Below are positions 9,459-19,019 of a stretch of 58,079 bases of DNA, piece by piece. The DNA lies in sequence record SRR22947725_2610. One strand, given 5' to 3'. Below the pieces are notes generated by a model. The model saw only the letters and a program-made list of their open reading frames with translations. It made no database searches and was not told the origin of the DNA. The translations under genes were made by a program, and so were the position numbers. Each line of letters opens with the position of its first letter. The stretch's first letter is position 1.

Positions 9459-10947
9459 ATTGGGTGTGCTCTGAGATAAAAGTTTCTGCTCTATCAAAGA
9501 TTAAATCTTTGCGTTCTGGGGAAAGCCTATCAAGAAATGTAGCCTGCAGGGAAAGTCTTGGATTAGACTGATAGAAGCTTCTATTTTTTTCGATAAAACG
9601 CCAATAGAGTCCATCAACAGTGTCACACCAATCACCCCTTTTATAATTACTCATTTTTAAGAAATAATTTGATCCACAGGTATAAGGCTTAGTAGACATG
9701 AGCCCACCATCTGAATAGGTTGCCATGCCAAAAACATTGGGCACCATAACCCAATCTGAAGAGTCAATATACATCTCCATGAACCAACGGTATATCTCTT
9801 TAGGGTCTATTTCACAAAGATTCATAAGGTTGCTGATTACCATAAGTCTTGGTATGTGATGATTGTAGCCATCCTGAAGTGCAGTTTTAATGGAGTCATC
9901 AAGGGGCACAATGCCCGTTGAGGCTTCGTACCAGCTGTCAGTTAATTTGCCAGTGTGTCCCCAGTAATTGCTGTTAAGTTGGAAATCACCTTTTTCTTGA
10001 TAAATACCTCGGATGAATTCTCTCCAACCCAAAACTTGCCTAATGAAGCCCTCAAGAGAGTTCATAGGGATTTGAAATTCATCAGCACTTTCAAGCAGTA
10101 TTTCAAGTATATTTTTTGGTGAAAGAAGTCCAATATTCATAGATGAGCTAATACAGCTATGAAACAAAAAGTTTTGACCCTCTAACATGGCATCTTCATA
10201 GACACCAAAGTTAATCATCCTATTTCTAATAAAGTCCAAAAATTGTTCATTAGCTTCTTTGCGAGTGACTGGGAACCACGGATTATCAAGAAATCCAGGA
10301 TGTTCATCAAAATGCTTATTGATGAGAGTGCAGATTTCATCGTGGTACTTAGAAAGATTTGGTTTAGGTATCTCTGGAATGACTGTCCTTGCAGGGATTT
10401 TCTTTCTATTTTCTTGATCAAAGGACCATTTACCTCCAGCAGGCTTTTGGTTTTCATCAAGCAATATATTAAATTTTTTCCTTCCTTGCTGATAAAAGTT
10501 AGCCATCCTAAATACTTTTTTATCTTTATGTAGTGAGTGAAATTCTTCTCTAGAAAAGAGGAAGTTAGGAGATTGGTGAGAGACCATCTGGATATTAGAT
10601 TTATCTATACCTTCTAGAAGTTCTTTTTCAAAATCTTTGTCTTCAATTTCAAAGTGATTGATTTCCTGAATATTGTTATCAATTATGAATTTTGTAAGGT
10701 GATCTGAATATGATTGACCCTCCTGACGATCATCAAGCTGAGTGTAGTGAATTGAAATATTATGAGACTCTAATTCGTCTTTATACTCCCGCATTGAACA
10801 AAGAAAGAGGTATAGCTTAAGTTTATGATGTTTTTCATAGGCACAAAGGTGGAAATCTTCTGACATGAAGACATCGCTACAACCCAGGTTTTTTAGGATT
10901 TCAGGCTCAAAAAGCTGATTACCAAGAATTACAAATACTTTGTTCAT
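9457..10947 (-). CDS. cryptochrome/(6-4) photolyase of the PhrB/CryB (CryPro) class
   Basis: ILGNQLF, HHKLK, GGKWSFDQENRK, EGFIRQVLGWREF, HHIPRLMV, DGGLMSTKPY. Confidence 0.9.
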   Translation of the reverse strand: MNKVFVILGNQLFEPEILKNLGCSDVFMSEDFHLCAYEKHHKLKLYLFLCSMREYKDELESHNISIHYTQLDDRQEGQSYSDHLTKFIIDNNIQEINHFEIEDKDFEKELLEGIDKSNIQMVSHQSPNFLFSREEFHSLHKDKKVFRMANFYQQGRKKFNILLDENQKPAGGKWSFDQENRKKIPARTVIPEIPKPNLSKYHDEICTLINKHFDEHPGFLDNPWFPVTRKEANEQFLDFIRNRMINFGVYEDAMLEGQNFLFHSCISSSMNIGLLSPKNILEILLESADEFQIPMNSLEGFIRQVLGWREFIRGIYQEKGDFQLNSNYWGHTGKLTDSWYEASTGIVPLDDSIKTALQDGYNHHIPRLMVISNLMNLCEIDPKEIYRWFMEMYIDSSDWVMVPNVFGMATYSDGGLMSTKPYTCGSNYFLKMSNYKRGDWCDTVDGLYWRFIEKNRSFYQSNPRLSLQATFLDRLSPERKDLIFDRAETFISEHTQ

Positions 10948-11088
10948 TGGTTGATAATTTTAGTTAATTCAAAATAAATTAGAATAGTAATTTATAAATC
11001 TTTTTTTGCAATAAGTATCCACTTCAAATAATGAGATAATATCTCTAAATTATATGATTTAACTTCACTCACACGCTGAAAAATCTAA

Positions 11089-12027
11089 ATGCAAAACAAT
11101 ACATCAAAACCCTATGTTTGTGTCATTGGCGGCTTAAATATTGATCTTCAGGGCTCATCAAATTCACCCCTAGTATTTAACGATTCAAACCCAGGTGAGA
11201 TCGAAATGTCGGCAGGTGGAGTCGGCAGGAATATTGCAGAAAATATGGCGAGAATTTCAATTCATTCAAAGATTCTCTCTTATGTGGGAGCGGATGCTCT
11301 GGGTGACTTTGTAATTAACAAGACAACGACAGCAAATGTTGATACTTCTCTATTAATTGAGCATAGCACTCTTCCAACTAGCCAATACTTATCATTACTA
11401 GATGACAACAACGATATGTTGGTTTCTATCTCTGATATGCGAATTATTGATGAAATGACAATTCAAGACATTAATAACTGGAAAGATACCTTAGACCATT
11501 GTGATGCAATTGTCATCGATACAAATATTCCAGTTGAAGTAATTGAGTATATTGTTGAAAAATATAACCATATACCGTTATTTTTAGATCCAGTTTCCTT
11601 TGCTAAAACCTCCAAAGTTCTTCATATTATTGGAAAATTTCACACTATTAAGCCTAATAAATTAGAGGCTGAGCTTATCTCTGGTATTTCCATCAAGGAT
11701 GACGAGAGCATGTTGGATGCTGCTCAAAAAATATTTGAAAAAGGCTGTAAGCAAATTTTTATTACGCTGGGAAAGGATGGTGTTTTTTATTATGATGGAA
11801 AGGAGTATGGACATTATTTGCATGAAGGGGTCAATGTAAAAAGTGCTAATGGTGCTGGAGATGCTTTTACAGCAGGGGTTGTTTATGGTTTTTTATATCT
11901 TAATAGTGTTAAAGAAACAGCAAAGTTTGCCTCTGCGGCTGCAGTAATTGCTTTACAAAGCAAAAATACGATAAGTGAGAACTTATCGGAGCATAATATT
12001 AAATTACTATTAAAGGACGAAATGTAA
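11089..12027 (+). CDS. psuK: pseudouridine kinase (PfkB family)
   Basis: DSNPG, GGVGRNIAEN, GAGDAF; coupled to psuG (TAATG overlap). Confidence 0.85.
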   Translation: MQNNTSKPYVCVIGGLNIDLQGSSNSPLVFNDSNPGEIEMSAGGVGRNIAENMARISIHSKILSYVGADALGDFVINKTTTANVDTSLLIEHSTLPTSQYLSLLDDNNDMLVSISDMRIIDEMTIQDINNWKDTLDHCDAIVIDTNIPVEVIEYIVEKYNHIPLFLDPVSFAKTSKVLHIIGKFHTIKPNKLEAELISGISIKDDESMLDAAQKIFEKGCKQIFITLGKDGVFYYDGKEYGHYLHEGVNVKSANGAGDAFTAGVVYGFLYLNSVKETAKFASAAAVIALQSKNTISENLSEHNIKLLLKDEM

Positions 12028-12947
12028 TGAAATTCAGTGACTATCTTGATTTTCACCCAGATGTAGAAGAGGCAATTAAAAATGGAGAGCCAATTGTCGC
12101 ACTAGAGTCGACTATTATTTCTCATGGAATGCCTTACCCTAAGAATATTGAAACTGCCATGATGGTTGAAGAGACAGTTCGATCTAACAAAGCTGTGCCA
12201 GCAACAATTGCAATTATTAATGGCAGGCTGAAGGCTGGCCTTACTCACGAAGAGATTGAGTTTTTAGCGACTAATGATGAGGTTAGAAAAGTATCTCGAA
12301 GAGATCTTGCAATCACAGTCTCTCAAAAGCAGTCTGGCTCAACGACCGTTGCAGCGACAATGATCATCGCAAAGCTTGCTGAGATAGCAGTATTTGCTAC
12401 TGGTGGAATTGGAGGTGTTCACAGGGGAGCTGAAAAAACATTAGATATTTCAGCTGACCTTGAAGAGCTGGCCAATACAAACGTTTGTGTAGTGTGTGCT
12501 GGCGCTAAAGCAATTTTAGACATAGGTCTCACACTTGAGTATCTTGAAACTAAAGGCGTTCCTGTTATTGGATATAAAACGACTGAATTGCCTGCCTTTT
12601 ATTCATCAGAGTCAGGCTTTGATGTTGATTATAAGATTGACTCTGCTCTTGAGATTGCTGAAATATTAAGGACTAAATGGAGCCTGAGTATTGATGGTGG
12701 GGTTCTTGTAACTAATCCTATTCCAGTTGGCTATGAGCTTGAATCAAGCATCATGAATGAGGCTATAAATCAGGCTATTATTGAGGCAGAAAAAGAACAT
12801 ATAACAGGAAAAAAGATTACACCGTTCCTTCTTTCAAAAGTTAGTGAAATTACTGAGGGTAAGAGTTTGGATGCCAACATTAAATTAATTCAAAATAACG
12901 CTAATTTAGCTGCCAAAATAGCGCTCCATTACTCGAAACAAGATTAG
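12027..12947 (+). CDS. psuG: pseudouridine-5'-phosphate glycosidase
   Basis: VALESTIISHGMPYP, KVSRRD, TGGIGGVHRG, DISADL. Confidence 0.95.
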   Translation: MKFSDYLDFHPDVEEAIKNGEPIVALESTIISHGMPYPKNIETAMMVEETVRSNKAVPATIAIINGRLKAGLTHEEIEFLATNDEVRKVSRRDLAITVSQKQSGSTTVAATMIIAKLAEIAVFATGGIGGVHRGAEKTLDISADLEELANTNVCVVCAGAKAILDIGLTLEYLETKGVPVIGYKTTELPAFYSSESGFDVDYKIDSALEIAEILRTKWSLSIDGGVLVTNPIPVGYELESSIMNEAINQAIIEAEKEHITGKKITPFLLSKVSEITEGKSLDANIKLIQNNANLAAKIALHYSKQD

Positions 12948-13358
12948 TTACTTCTCTCTAACGAAAAAATTAAACATTAATATCAGTCCAATCACGAAAA
13001 GGATTAGCATGATCAGAATGCCTTGGTCAGATTTAACGTAATGATTAACAAATAACTGTGTTTTCGTTTTTAAGTTTGACTCATCATTATTAATGCCGTC
13101 ATCGCCATTTGAAACATCAGAATCTGGAGAGGCGAGTTTGGTTTGAATGAGTTCTTCAATTTCTTCCTGAGCCTTTTGAGTGGCCTCATCCTGCACGATG
13201 ACCTCATCCTCATCCAAAAAGCGAGGTGTCTCATCCTCATTAATTTGCTCAGTATTCAATGAATTAAGGGGTAACTGTTGATCCCTATCATCACCGCCTG
13301 CATAGGCTAAAGTGTGAATCCCTAGTAAAAGAATTGAGATTAATAAAGCATTTTTCAT
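12948..13358 (-). CDS. exported acidic protein with C-terminal membrane anchor
   Basis: signal peptide (AYA), acidic middle, C-terminal hydrophobic helix. Confidence 0.6.
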   Translation of the reverse strand: MKNALLISILLLGIHTLAYAGGDDRDQQLPLNSLNTEQINEDETPRFLDEDEVIVQDEATQKAQEEIEELIQTKLASPDSDVSNGDDGINNDESNLKTKTQLFVNHYVKSDQGILIMLILFVIGLILMFNFFVREK

Positions 13359-13472
13359 GAGTCATATAATGATATACCTTTACTGAAAAATTATCACGCT
13401 ATCTGATTTAGATATTGGAGAAATATTGGTCTAATTCTGTTACTATATTAATACATTAATCGGAGAATACTT

Positions 13473-13664
13473 ATGGCAACTTATGAATGTGATAATTGTG
13501 GAATGGGTGTAAATGCGACCTGCGCTAAGTGTGATGAACCCCTCAAGGATGATTCACTCAAACTTGATGATGGAAGTTCAGTCCAAATCTCAAAATGTCC
13601 AAATGGCCACGGGAAAATCAAATCGCCAATGTGTTGTGGAAGTGACATGCGCTGCGCTATTTAA
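13473..13664 (+). CDS. small Cys-rich putative metal-binding protein
   Basis: GGAG RBS; CxxC, CxxC, CxxxH, CC in 63 aa. Confidence 0.75.
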   Translation: MATYECDNCGMGVNATCAKCDEPLKDDSLKLDDGSSVQISKCPNGHGKIKSPMCCGSDMRCAI

Positions 13665-13676
13665 AATTTATTCAAT

Positions 13677-14510
13677 ATGAGTAGACTTCTCAAGGCTGAT
13701 CAGATTGATCAGTATAAGAAAGATGGTGCCGTCTTAATTAAAGGAAAGTTCGATAGAGCCTGGATTGAAAACCTCAGAAAGGGCATTTCTAAGGATTTTC
13801 AAAACCCTAGTCCACGATTTGTTAGACACACCAAGGATGATGACGTGCCTGGTTACTTCGAAGATTTTTGGACTTGGGATCTTTTTGATGAGTTCACAGA
13901 CTTCGTTCACAACTCTCCAACAGCTCAAATTGCCTCAGAGCTGATGGGTGCAAGTAAAGTCAATCTAGTCATGGATAATTGGTTTCTTAGGGAGGCAGGA
14001 TCTAAATCTGGGGCACCATTTCATCATGACATTTCATACTTTGACTTTGAAGGCTCGATGTGTGTTTTATGGCTTCCACTTGAACCAGTCCCAAAAGAGG
14101 AGGCAATTGCGTGGGTTAAGGGTTCACACCTTTGGAATAAGCTTTATATTCGTACTCGATTTCAAGAGGGACACTCCAACGATGGAAAAGCTGGAGTGGT
14201 TAATGGAAAAAGCTATGACATCACCCCTGATATTCTTAACAACAAAGAGGACTATGACTTTCTTCAGTGGGACTTAGAAGTTGGTGATTGCGTTTTTTTT
14301 GATATCCGAACTCTGCACGGAAGCTTAAGCCAGTCTATACCAAAGAGTACTATTCATAGATACACTCTAAGAATGGCTAAAGAAGGCTCTAAGATAGAGT
14401 ATCGAGGGGAATGGGCTCAAGCTGAAAGAACCATAATGGAGTCGAATGGTTATAAAAATGGAGACGATTTATCTGGAAAAATGTTTCCAACCTTATATCA
14501 AGAAGTTTAG
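13677..14510 (+). CDS. phytanoyl-CoA dioxygenase (PhyH) family protein
   Basis: PFHHD (HxD), WLPL, GSHLW, GDCVFFDIRTLHGS. Confidence 0.88.
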   Translation: MSRLLKADQIDQYKKDGAVLIKGKFDRAWIENLRKGISKDFQNPSPRFVRHTKDDDVPGYFEDFWTWDLFDEFTDFVHNSPTAQIASELMGASKVNLVMDNWFLREAGSKSGAPFHHDISYFDFEGSMCVLWLPLEPVPKEEAIAWVKGSHLWNKLYIRTRFQEGHSNDGKAGVVNGKSYDITPDILNNKEDYDFLQWDLEVGDCVFFDIRTLHGSLSQSIPKSTIHRYTLRMAKEGSKIEYRGEWAQAERTIMESNGYKNGDDLSGKMFPTLYQEV

Positions 14511-14553
14511 TTTTTTTATTAGCCTTCCATTACTTTAAAGTAGGCTTTGAAAT

Positions 14554-15789
14554 CTAAATCTGTTTTAAAGCTTTAATTAGATTACTGACATCATCATGAG
14601 TATTGTAATGAACCATGCTGGTTCTTACCACACCATCATCCACATCTATGCCAAGGGACATTAGACATCTCCAAGCATAGAAATTATCATTCCTTGTTGC
14701 AATCCCATGCTTTACAAGCTCACTACTTAAATCTTTGGATGACTTGTTTTTCATTGTAAAAGCAATTGTTGGCGCCCTGTCTTTGTCAGTGATTGTTTTC
14801 TTGCCGATAAGTCTTATGTCACTTCTATTACTCAAGTAATCAAGAAGTGGATTTGCAATCTCCTTTTCATGTTCTGCAATTAATTCATTTACCTTATGAA
14901 TTTTCTCTCTAATAGGAAGGTGTTCACCAGGGTAGTGGTGCTCAAAGAGATTCATAAAGTATTCATAAACTCCAACTAAGCATGAGAGCTCCTCATGATT
15001 TGGGCCACCTGGATTAAGAGTGTAGGGCACATCACCCTCTAAAAACTCATGATTTTGATTAGGTAGTTGATTAAGAATCTCTTTTTTTCCATACAAAAGA
15101 CCTAAATGAGGTCCATACGTCTTATAAAGACTAAAAGCATAAAAATCAACGTCTAGTCTCTTTACATCTGGGAATCCATGGGGAGCATAAGAGACACCAT
15201 CTCCAACAATGTATGCATCGTATTGATGGACAAGTTCAGCAATCGATTTTAGGTCGTTGATAGATCCAACAATATTTGAGCAGTGAGTAACAGCAACAAT
15301 TTTTGTTTTTTCAGATAAAAGTGCTTTTAAGTCATCTATTTCAAGTTCAGCAGTATCATTATTGATTTGCCACTCCTTGACTATCATTCCATGATCAGCA
15401 AGCCTTCTCCAGGCGCCTACATTTGCTTCATGGTCCTGGTTAGTAACAATCACTTCATCACCTGGCTTTAAAAGGCTTTTTATAGCATTCGAGAGAACAT
15501 ACATGTTCATTGTGGTTGAGCCACCAATTATGATTTCATCATTATCAGCATTAATCATCTCAGCAAAAAAATTGGTCGCCTTATCCATGTTATCGCCGGC
15601 TATAGCTGAGGTATCAAACTCTGCGTAAGGCTGAACCTTAGTAGAGGTCATGAAGTGATTTAAGCGTTCAATCACATTTGATGGGACATAACTACCACCT
15701 GCATTCTCAAAGAACGACCATTTAGAGCTTAGCGGGTCACTAAAAGCTGGGAATTGTTCTCTTACATAATCAGTGTCAAGTTTTGGCAT
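14554..15789 (-). CDS. class V PLP aminotransferase, cysteine-desulfurase-like (VC1184-type)
   Basis: VREQFP, ENAGGS, DHEAN, FSLYKTYGPH, VRTSMVHYN. Confidence 0.88.
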   Translation of the reverse strand: MPKLDTDYVREQFPAFSDPLSSKWSFFENAGGSYVPSNVIERLNHFMTSTKVQPYAEFDTSAIAGDNMDKATNFFAEMINADNDEIIIGGSTTMNMYVLSNAIKSLLKPGDEVIVTNQDHEANVGAWRRLADHGMIVKEWQINNDTAELEIDDLKALLSEKTKIVAVTHCSNIVGSINDLKSIAELVHQYDAYIVGDGVSYAPHGFPDVKRLDVDFYAFSLYKTYGPHLGLLYGKKEILNQLPNQNHEFLEGDVPYTLNPGGPNHEELSCLVGVYEYFMNLFEHHYPGEHLPIREKIHKVNELIAEHEKEIANPLLDYLSNRSDIRLIGKKTITDKDRAPTIAFTMKNKSSKDLSSELVKHGIATRNDNFYAWRCLMSLGIDVDDGVVRTSMVHYNTHDDVSNLIKALKQI

Positions 15790-15811
15790 GATATCTCCTT
15801 TATTAGGTAGT

Positions 15812-16543
15812 TTAGTTTTTGTAATCTGGCTCTTCTTTATCTAGGATCCGCTTTAAGGCTTCAAAGTGCATTTCAGAAGCGTCATAATCTATCCACTGCT
15901 GAGCAGTCTTTTTAGCAACTTTATGGCCTACAACATGAAGTTTTTTGCCTGTTTGGTATGCTCCAATTAGAGTTTGGCATGATCTCTCGTAGTAATACAA
16001 TTCATCAAAGGCACTTGCTACCGTTTTAGCAGCAGTCAAAACGCCATGGTTACCCATTAGCAGAACTGGGTTATTCCCCAAAAGAGTGCTCAATCTTTCT
16101 GCCTCTTTACCTAGCCCCATTCCGCTAAAGTCCTTGTCTATTGAAACCCTCTCATAGAAACGCATTGTATTTTGATCAATAGGCTTCATCTCTTTGTCAT
16201 CAAGAGAGGATAAGATGGTGGCATATTTTGGATGGACATGAAGAATGCATCTAGCTTGGGGATTGTTACGATGTAGGGCGCTGTGAATAGCCCAAGCGGT
16301 TGGGTCGGGTGCATTATGCTGTGACATCGTTTCTGTGTCATTCGCGTCAATTAGAATTAAGTCGCTCGCACAAATCTCTGAAAAATGCATACCAATTGGG
16401 TTTAAAAGGAACTTGGACCCACTCTCATTAACCGCTAAACTGAAATGATTGGCGACTGCCTCATGCATATTCAGCCTTGCAGTCCACCTAAAAGCGGCGG
16501 CTAGATCTTCGCGTTCTTGATTATATTGAGTGTTCATATTCAC
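15812..16543 (-). CDS. class II aldolase/adducin family protein
   Basis: NHFS, IHSALH, LHVH, NHG metal-binding motifs. Confidence 0.88.
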   Translation of the reverse strand: MNMNTQYNQEREDLAAAFRWTARLNMHEAVANHFSLAVNESGSKFLLNPIGMHFSEICASDLILIDANDTETMSQHNAPDPTAWAIHSALHRNNPQARCILHVHPKYATILSSLDDKEMKPIDQNTMRFYERVSIDKDFSGMGLGKEAERLSTLLGNNPVLLMGNHGVLTAAKTVASAFDELYYYERSCQTLIGAYQTGKKLHVVGHKVAKKTAQQWIDYDASEMHFEALKRILDKEEPDYKN

Positions 16544-16586
16544 TAAGTTTAACCTCTACAATTAACGAAGGCAAAATAAATATGAA

Positions 16587-17309
16587 CTAGGCGTCAGGAT
16601 TTCCGATGGTGGTTGTGTAGCTAAACATATCAGCCCTTCCCGTTGTAATTCTAAATTCAACTAAGCCTTTACCTTTTGCGTAAGAATGTCTATTTAAGAT
16701 TACAACAGGATCACCCTTATTGATATGAAGTTTTTCAGCAATCTCAGCGTTCGTAATACCTGCTGTTAGAACCTCCTGAGAAGAAGTGATTTGAGTGTTA
16801 AACTGTTTAAAGATGACAGCATACAAGAGATCTGGTATATGAACTGAAGGGTCTTGAAGGCCTTCTACAACTTCAGCAACCCACCATGATTTTTCAACAA
16901 TGATTGGGCTTTTTTTATCAATGTATCCAAGTCTTTCAAGATATATAACATCATCACCTTGATTAATTCCTAGTTGAAAAGCAATTTCCGCAGAAGCTTT
17001 CTCTTTGAGCCTAATGGGTGTTGTTTTGTATATACGAATAGAAGAGCCGTCTTGTTTTCCATAGCTAAAGAAATTAAAGATACTATTGTCAAAACCATGA
17101 TCAGATACATAGGTGCCTTTACCATGGTGCCTATAGAGCACTTTTCTATTTTCAAGTTTATCAATAGCCTTTCTAACGGTTCCGATACTCACATTAAGCT
17201 TTTTTGAGAGTTGTGATTCTGAAGGAATTAAATCTCCAATAATAAGCTCACCACTATTAATTTGATTGTTGATAAGGTCGATTACTTTTTGATAGAGTTT
17301 TTGTGTCAT
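16587..17309 (-). CDS. GntR family regulator with UTRA domain (HutC subfamily)
   Basis: IPSESQL..VSIGTVRKAI..GKGTYV wHTH; C-terminal UTRA-like region. Confidence 0.92.
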   Translation of the reverse strand: MTQKLYQKVIDLINNQINSGELIIGDLIPSESQLSKKLNVSIGTVRKAIDKLENRKVLYRHHGKGTYVSDHGFDNSIFNFFSYGKQDGSSIRIYKTTPIRLKEKASAEIAFQLGINQGDDVIYLERLGYIDKKSPIIVEKSWWVAEVVEGLQDPSVHIPDLLYAVIFKQFNTQITSSQEVLTAGITNAEIAEKLHINKGDPVVILNRHSYAKGKGLVEFRITTGRADMFSYTTTIGNPDA

Positions 17310-17432
17310 AAATCTTTTGGATTTAACTATTAGGTATTTATTTTAAATATTATTTTGTTTAAGTAAGTATTGATTTAGCAGGTGCTTAATCAAAATGTAA
17401 CTTATTTTTTTCTGATAGGTAAATTTTATTTA

Positions 17433-17504
17433 TTGACAATTAAATAATGCAAGTGTAGCATGCTTTACTCATATACATGAGTTTTTATATTCATATATAT
17501 GAAT
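17433..17504 (+). promoter_or_regulatory. sigma70 promoter of the tctABC-sauST locus with two palindromic operators
   Basis: TTGACA 17433-17438, 17 bp, TAGCAT 17456-17461; ACTCATATACATGAGT 17467-17482 and ATTCATATATATGAAT 17489-17504. Confidence 0.75.
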
Positions 17505-17528
17505 TAATATTAGTGAGTAGGGGTCACA

Positions 17529-19016
17529 ATGGAATTTTTAAACTATTTTGATAACGTATTTACCGTTTATCATATCGCGCTTCTCGTTGGCGGGACATTT
17601 GCAGGGATAATACTAGGGGCACTTCCTGGGCTGAGCCCAACGATGTCAGTCGCACTCCTTATTCCTTTTACTTTTCATATGAAGCCTGAAAGTGGTTTGA
17701 TACTTCTTGGCGCTATGTATACCGCAACAGTTGCTGGCGGCGCTATTAGTGCAATTCTTGTCAACGTGCCCGGTGCACCAGCCAATATTGCAACAGCAAT
17801 GGATGGCCACAAAATGGCACAAAGTGGTAAAGCCAAAGATGCACTTCACTACTGTTTCATGAGTTCCTTTGTTGGCGGTATATTTGGCGTTCTAATTCTG
17901 ATTTTCTTCACTCCACCCTTGGCAGCACTTTCACTCAAATTTATGTCAACTGAACTCTTCTGGGTTGCGATTTTGGGAATTACAATAATAGCAACCTTAG
18001 ACTCTAAGTCCGTTATCAAAGGTTTGATGTCAGGTCTATTTGGACTCATGCTTGCAACCATTGGTGAGCACCCAACCAGTGCGATGGAGCGCTTCGTATT
18101 TACTGATCATTTGGAAGGCGGTGTTCATATTGTTGTTGGCCTTATTGGGCTTTTTGCGATGCCCCAAGTCTGGAATCTTTTAGAGAATTTTTATGGCAAG
18201 AAGAATGAAGTGTTTTCAGCAACGGGGGACTCAACCCTGATGCAATCATTTAGACTTGTTTCTAGCAAAGTCAAGGCATTATCAGTTGGCTCTTTGATTG
18301 GTTCAATCATTGGAATTATTCCTGGAGCAGGCGGTCAAATAGCAGGCATCGTTGCCTACGACCAGTCTAAAAAAATTAGCTCTAACCGAGCGAACTATGG
18401 AAAGGGAGAGCCTGAAGCGATTATTGCAGCTGAGAGTGCTAATAACTCAATGGTTGGGCCTTCATTAATACCACTTTTAACGCTCAGTATTCCTGGGAGT
18501 CCTACGGCTGCTGTCTTGTTGGGCGGTCTGCTAATTCATGGCATTTTTCCAGGCCATGATATCTTTACTAAAAACACTGAAGTGGTTTGGACCTTTATTG
18601 ACTCTCTCATCATTGCTCAAGTTTTGATGCTCATTATTGGACTCTTTTTGAGTCGCCATAGTAAATGGATTATGAAGGTTCCAGATAACTATATGGCTGT
18701 AGGCATTTTGTTGCTTGCTGTTTTTGGAACCTACAGCATTCAAAATGATTACTCTGATGTGCTCATTATGTTTACGCTAGGTACTTTAATGTACTTTGGA
18801 AGTAAAGCTGGTTTTAGCCCAGTTCCAGTCGTTTTAGGTTTGATTTTAGGAACGATGACGGAAGAAAAGTTCCTTCTTGGAAATATGATTGGTAATGCAA
18901 AGGGTAGCTCTTTTCAGCACTTTACCTCTGGAACAATCAACATTGTGTTAATTACCTTGTGCTTTGTTTCTATCGCATATGGTATTTACTCAAGCCGAAA
19001 ATCTAAACAGAGCTAA
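17529..19016 (+). CDS. tctA: tripartite tricarboxylate transporter large permease TctA
   Basis: GALPGL, ILVNVPGAP, AAESANNS, IPLLTLSIPGS. Confidence 0.93.
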   Translation: MEFLNYFDNVFTVYHIALLVGGTFAGIILGALPGLSPTMSVALLIPFTFHMKPESGLILLGAMYTATVAGGAISAILVNVPGAPANIATAMDGHKMAQSGKAKDALHYCFMSSFVGGIFGVLILIFFTPPLAALSLKFMSTELFWVAILGITIIATLDSKSVIKGLMSGLFGLMLATIGEHPTSAMERFVFTDHLEGGVHIVVGLIGLFAMPQVWNLLENFYGKKNEVFSATGDSTLMQSFRLVSSKVKALSVGSLIGSIIGIIPGAGGQIAGIVAYDQSKKISSNRANYGKGEPEAIIAAESANNSMVGPSLIPLLTLSIPGSPTAAVLLGGLLIHGIFPGHDIFTKNTEVVWTFIDSLIIAQVLMLIIGLFLSRHSKWIMKVPDNYMAVGILLLAVFGTYSIQNDYSDVLIMFTLGTLMYFGSKAGFSPVPVVLGLILGTMTEEKFLLGNMIGNAKGSSFQHFTSGTINIVLITLCFVSIAYGIYSSRKSKQS

Positions 19017-19019
19017 TAT

